Shown here: piece after piece, positions 59,615-64,000 of the stretch | Layout: each line of letters begins with the position of its first letter | How positions within the stretch are numbered: the stretch's first letter is position 1 | From: Squalus acanthias | Taxonomy: Eukaryota | Reading direction: 5' to 3' | NCBI GenBank assembly: GCA_030390025.1 | Contig: JASTWF010000036.1 | Coordinates: forward strand, 1,302,001-1,366,000 | DNA length: 64,000 bases | Notes under the pieces: model-generated | Databases searched by the model: none | What the model was told of the DNA's origin: nothing | Seen by the model: only the letters and a program-made list of their open reading frames with translations | Position numbers and translations under genes: made by a program

Positions 59615-60019
59615 GTGATGTTGATTGAGGGATAAATATTGGCCCCAGGACACCGGGGAGAACTCCCCTGCTCTTCTTCGAAATAGTGCCATGGGATCTT
59701 TTACGTCCACCTGAGAGAGCAGACGGGGCCTTGGTTTAATGTCTCATCTGAAAGACGGCACCTCCGACAGTGCAGCACTCCCTCAGCACTGCACTGGAGT
59801 GTCAGCCTAGATTTTATGTTAAAGGTGCTTGATAAATGCAAGTTGTTGTTTAATATTATATACTTCCAAGAGGTCCCCTGTCACCTCCTTTTAAGGCTGA
59901 ACAGCCCAAGATTCACCTTCCTCATATTTCAGTCCTCTGACACCAGGGAGTCAACCTTGGGGCTTTTCTCTGTACCACCTCCAGAGCTTGGATGCTTCGC
60001 TTGTGCTTTGGTAACAAGT

Positions 60020-60749
60020 CGGTCGCCTGAGGAAGAGAGTGTTTGAAGACCAGGACCTCAAACCCGGCACCAAGCTCATGGTCTACAGAGCAGTAGTGAT
60101 ACCCGCCCTGCTGTATGCCTCAGAGACATGGACCATGTACAGCAGGCACCTCAAAGCACTGGAGAGGTACCACCAACGCTGCCTCCGCAAGATCCTGCCA
60201 ATCCATTGGCAGGGTAGGCACACCAAGTCAGTGTTTCGCTCAGGCCAACATCCCCAGCATCGAAGCTTTGACCGCGCTCGATCAGCTCCGATGGATGGGT
60301 CACATTGTCCACATGCCCGATACGAGACTCCCAAAACAAGCGCTCTACTCGGAGCTCCGACATGGCAAGAGAGCCCCAGGTGGGCAGAGGAAACGCTTCA
60401 AGGACACCCTCAAAGCCTCCTTGAAAAAGTGTAACATCCCCACTGACACCTGGGAATCCCTGGCCCAAGACCGCACAAAGTGGAGGAGAAGCATCCGGGA
60501 AGGCGCCGAACACCTCGAGTCTCTTCGCCGGGAGCAAGTGGAAGCCGCAAGCGGAAGCCAAGCGCAGGCAGCGGAAGGAGCGCATGTCAACCCAAGCACC
60601 CCACCCACCCGCCCCTTCAACCACCGTCTGTCCCACCTGTGACAGAGACTGTAGGTCCCGTATTGGACTCATCAGTCACCTGAGAACTCATTTTTAATGT
60701 GGAAGCAAGTCATCCCAGGTTCCGAGGGACTGCCTAAGAAGAAGAAGAA
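60020..60749 (+). mobile_element. RTE-clade LINE 3' fragment with (GAA)n tail and 10-bp TSD
   Basis: TKLMVYRAVVIPALLYASETW, QLRWMGH..MPDTRLPKQ.LY.EL..GKR..GGQRKRFKD; TSD GGTAACAAGT at 60010-19 and 60750-59. Confidence 0.9.
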
Positions 60750-62225
60750 GGTAACAAGTACGGGGCACGTAACAAACAAACCTGAAAGAAGATAGTACTT
60801 GCAGTTATGTAGTGCCTTTCATGACCTTAGGACATCTCATAAGCGACGGCATCCCTCTGTAGTGCACTGGTCAAAATGCATCAAAAACATAATCAGTAAT
60901 GAATGAGGAGGTACTCCCCAGTTTCTTCATTACTTTATCATGATGTACTTTTGGATTGATTGTGACATTTTCTTCCCCCTCCCCCGTGGGGGAAAAAAAC
61001 TAAACCTTGGGGCAAATGACAGGGCAATGCATTTACTTGATGAATGATTTTATTCATGTAATGAGCCTGTAACAGGTATTAATCATTCAGCGAAGCCGTT
61101 TGTAAAAATAATTATTAAAAAAGCAGCTGTACTTTATGGAAATTCAACATTGGACGTTCATAAATTGTAAAAGACGATTACAGCAGACTGTGGGTAGCAA
61201 TATATCTGAATCAGTGGTTCTGGCATTTATTTTAATTACTACAGGAGTCTCTATCCATCAGCTTGATGCTAAAGGCATAATTCTAACCTCTCATTCCAGA
61301 AGAGGACCTGATGATATTGAGCGCAAAGGCTCAATCACATGTGAAGTAGAAAATGGACCGAGATGATTCAGTACATTAGGAGTGTGGAGCATGAAGCATA
61401 TTGAATATTGCAAGGAACTAGATTCAAAACAAAATGACACATTTAACATGAAACAGTGCGGAGCCCCATTAGACCCTCTGGATATTCCTGTTCAGATCCG
61501 ACAGTTGCTAGGAACAGGTCTTGACTGGTACGAATTGAGGTTGTGACAAGGATTGAGTTAACTTAACAATTAGTTAAATAAGTAAATGGATTAGGCAGGT
61601 CGGAAGTATTTTACAAGTGGTAGATGGACTGAGTCTCCCCTCTTCTCCAAACCTGCAGCAGCCCCTTGATGCCCTTCCCCCTCAGATCGCCACTCGCCTT
61701 TTTTTCTCTCACCTTGCCTTTTTGCCCTCATCGTCGAACAGAACTTTACTTCTTCACCCCTTCTCTTGGAATAATTTCTACATTTTATTTCATTTTTTTC
61801 CCTCCCCTTTCTCTCTCATTTTGCCTCAGTCTGCTGTGCAACTTGAAACTTTGTCGAGCGCGCGCAGAGCACATGCGCAGAACGTATCTTCCGATCGTGC
61901 CAGGCAGGCCATTCGAGAGATCAGGCAAGCCAGTTTTGGGGAAAAAAGTAGCTCTCCCTGCCTTTAGCAGTTCCTACGGACTTTGCTAAATGAATGGTTT
62001 ATTGCAACTTGTTATGAGTTTGGGTTTACTGCAGATATCTATTTGAGTTCAGTAGTGTCAGTCTCTCCTTTATAAGCGGACTGGTTGCCTGTTTTTTTTT
62101 TACAGAGGTTGTCTTCCACTGCCCTGTATCGACTAGCGCAGTAGTGGGACCTGGGCGTGCAGGGATGAAACTCCCTTGTAACCTGCACCAGATCTCCATG
62201 TCTTAAGCACGTGTCCTCCGTTAAT

Positions 62226-62450
62226 CTCTCCTGGTGTCCTGGGCCAATATTTATCCCTCACATCACCACTAAAACAGATGATCTGGTTATCATCACATTG
62301 CTGTCTGTGGGAGCTTGCTGTGCTCAGATCGACTGCCACGTTTCCTACATTACAACACTTCAAAAAGAACTTCATTGGCTGTAAAGTGCTTTAGGACGTC
62401 CTGAGGTCGTGAAAGGCGCTATAGAAATGCAAGTCTTTCTGCTTTCTTTC
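62226..62450 (+). mobile_element. DeuSINE 3' half
   Basis: Homology to the other copies. Confidence 0.8.
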
Positions 62451-62988
62451 AAAGGTAGGCCGAGTTTGGTTCAATGTGTGAGCTGCTTTATTCCACAGCA
62501 GCAAAACATACAGAACACCAGCAATGATGAGAGATGCTCAGTACAAACAGTATAACTTCTGTTCACGTCCAGTTAAGAGAACATCACGTATACACTAGAC
62601 CCTTTTGGTGGGGTCTTTACTTTACGTAATAAGATGGCCTCTCTCTCCGCAGTCCCCTTTTCACAGCCTGCTACTGCTTGTCTGACGTTTTGGTGCCTGT
62701 GTCCTGATTTTTAAAAGCCGACTTTCAAAGATGAGTAGGCACTAATGCCACTATATCCCTCCTCCCCCCCCTCCACCCCCACAGCTCACTCCGATCAGGC
62801 TTACCACACTAGTGTCACTGGTTGCAGCAGTGCAGTACCTTCCTGAGAGCTGTAGCCCTGCTCTGGCATCCTTGGGTAGCCTTCAATTCTCTTCCCCACC
62901 CCACCTCTAGCCTCTTATTATGATATATCTTTAATGCTATGTCTTTCCAAGCCCATTAATTTTTACATAAGGAACTACAGGCTGAGTG

Positions 62989-64000
62989 CACCCCTCCCCC
63001 TCCCTTCTTCCCTCCCCCTCCCCCACCCTTCACCCCTCCCCCTGCCCCTCCCTTTACCACTTCCCCTCCCTTCACCCCTCCCCCTCCCTTCACCCCTCCC
63101 CCTCCCTTCACCCCTCCCCCTCCCTTCGCCCCTCCCCTCCCTTCCCTTCGCCCCTCCCCTCCCTTCACCGCTTCCCTTCGCCCCTCCCCTCCCTTCACCG
63201 CTTCCCTTCGCCCCTCCCCCTCCCTTCTTCCCTCCCCCTCCCCCACCCTTCACCCCTCCCCCTGCCCCTCCCTTCACCCCTCCCCCTCCCTTCACCCCTC
63301 CCCCTCCCTTCGCCCCTCCCCTCCCTTCCCTTCGCCCCTCCCCTCCCTTCACCGCTTCCCTTCGCCCCTCCCCCTCCCTTCTTCCCTCCCCCTCCCCCAC
63401 CCTTCACCCCTCCCCCTGCCCCTCCCTTTACCACTTCCTCTCCCTTCACCCCTCCCCCTCCCTTCGCCCCTCCCCTCCCTTCCCTTCGCCCCTCCCCTCC
63501 CTTCACCGCTTCCCTTCGCCCCTCCCCCTCCCTTCTTCCCTCCCCCTCCCCCACCCTTCACCCCTCCCCCTGCCCCTCCCTTTACCACTTCCTCTCCCTT
63601 CACCCCTCCCCCTCCCTTCGCCCCTCCCCTCCCTTCACCGCTTCCCTTCGCCCCTCCCCCTCCCTTTACCACTTCCTCTCCCTTCACCCCTCCCCCTCCC
63701 TTCGCCCCTCCCCTCCCTTCACCGCTTCCCTTCGCCCCTCCCCCTCCCTTTACCACTTCCTCTCCCTTCACCCCTCCCCCTCCCTTCGCCCCTCCCCTCC
63801 CTTCACCGCTTCCCTTCGCCCCTCCCCCTCCCTTTACCACTCCCTCTTCCTTCACCCCACCCCCTCACTTCACCCCTCCCCTTCACCCCTCCCCCTCCCT
63901 TTACCCCTTCCCCACCCTTCACCCCTTCCCCCTCCCTTCACCCCTTCCCCCTCCCTTCACCCCTTCCCCCTCCCTTCACCCCTTCCCCCTCCCTTCACCC
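62989..64000 (+). repeat. Pyrimidine-rich tandem array (CCCTTC(A/G)CCCCTCCCCCT-like units, higher-order blocks), runs off window end
   Basis: Direct reading. Confidence 0.97.

Larger units (their letters stand above)
54440..59815 (-). mobile_element. DeuSINE split in three (54440-54465, 55048-55136, 59615-59815) by CR1 and Gypsy insertions
   Basis: The pieces rejoin to the SINE consensus AGTCACTGTTG|TAATGT.GGAAAC...TTTTAGTGAT|GTTGATTGAGGG. Confidence 0.85.

Noticed and set aside
62956..63855. Gly/Arg/Glu-rich ORFs
   Set aside because: Translations of the low-complexity purine strand.

Overview
This is eukaryotic, repeat-dominated DNA with no host protein-coding exon that I can support. The SINE families present (HE1/V-SINE-like, SacSINE1/DeuSINE-like, LF-SINE-like) and abundant CR1 fragments point to a cartilaginous fish (inference). 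Main features: (1) A young, full-length Ty3/Gypsy LTR retrotransposon (55137-59614, minus strand; single 1316-aa gag-pol ORF; 5-bp TSD). It lacks a tRNA primer-binding site and instead has an 11-nt PBS complementary to its own LTR, suggesting self-priming. It also has a YLDN RT motif and a duplicated PPT/U3 start, and two related solo LTRs share the same motif. (2) A 3.45-kb palindromic Penelope-like element (25079-28533; 1.6-kb inverted arms; 12-bp TSD; RT plus GIY-YIG) with a minimal hammerhead-ribozyme motif in each arm. (3) A second, dispersed family of short hammerhead-motif elements at six loci, including a 129-bp copy with a clean 12-bp TSD. (4) Many CR1, L2 and RTE LINE fragments, SINEs and MITEs, often nested. 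(5) A 4.3-kb CA/CCCTTC tandem array and a 1-kb pyrimidine-rich array at the window end. Boundaries of old repeats are approximate, and family names come from recalled consensus features, not from a database search.
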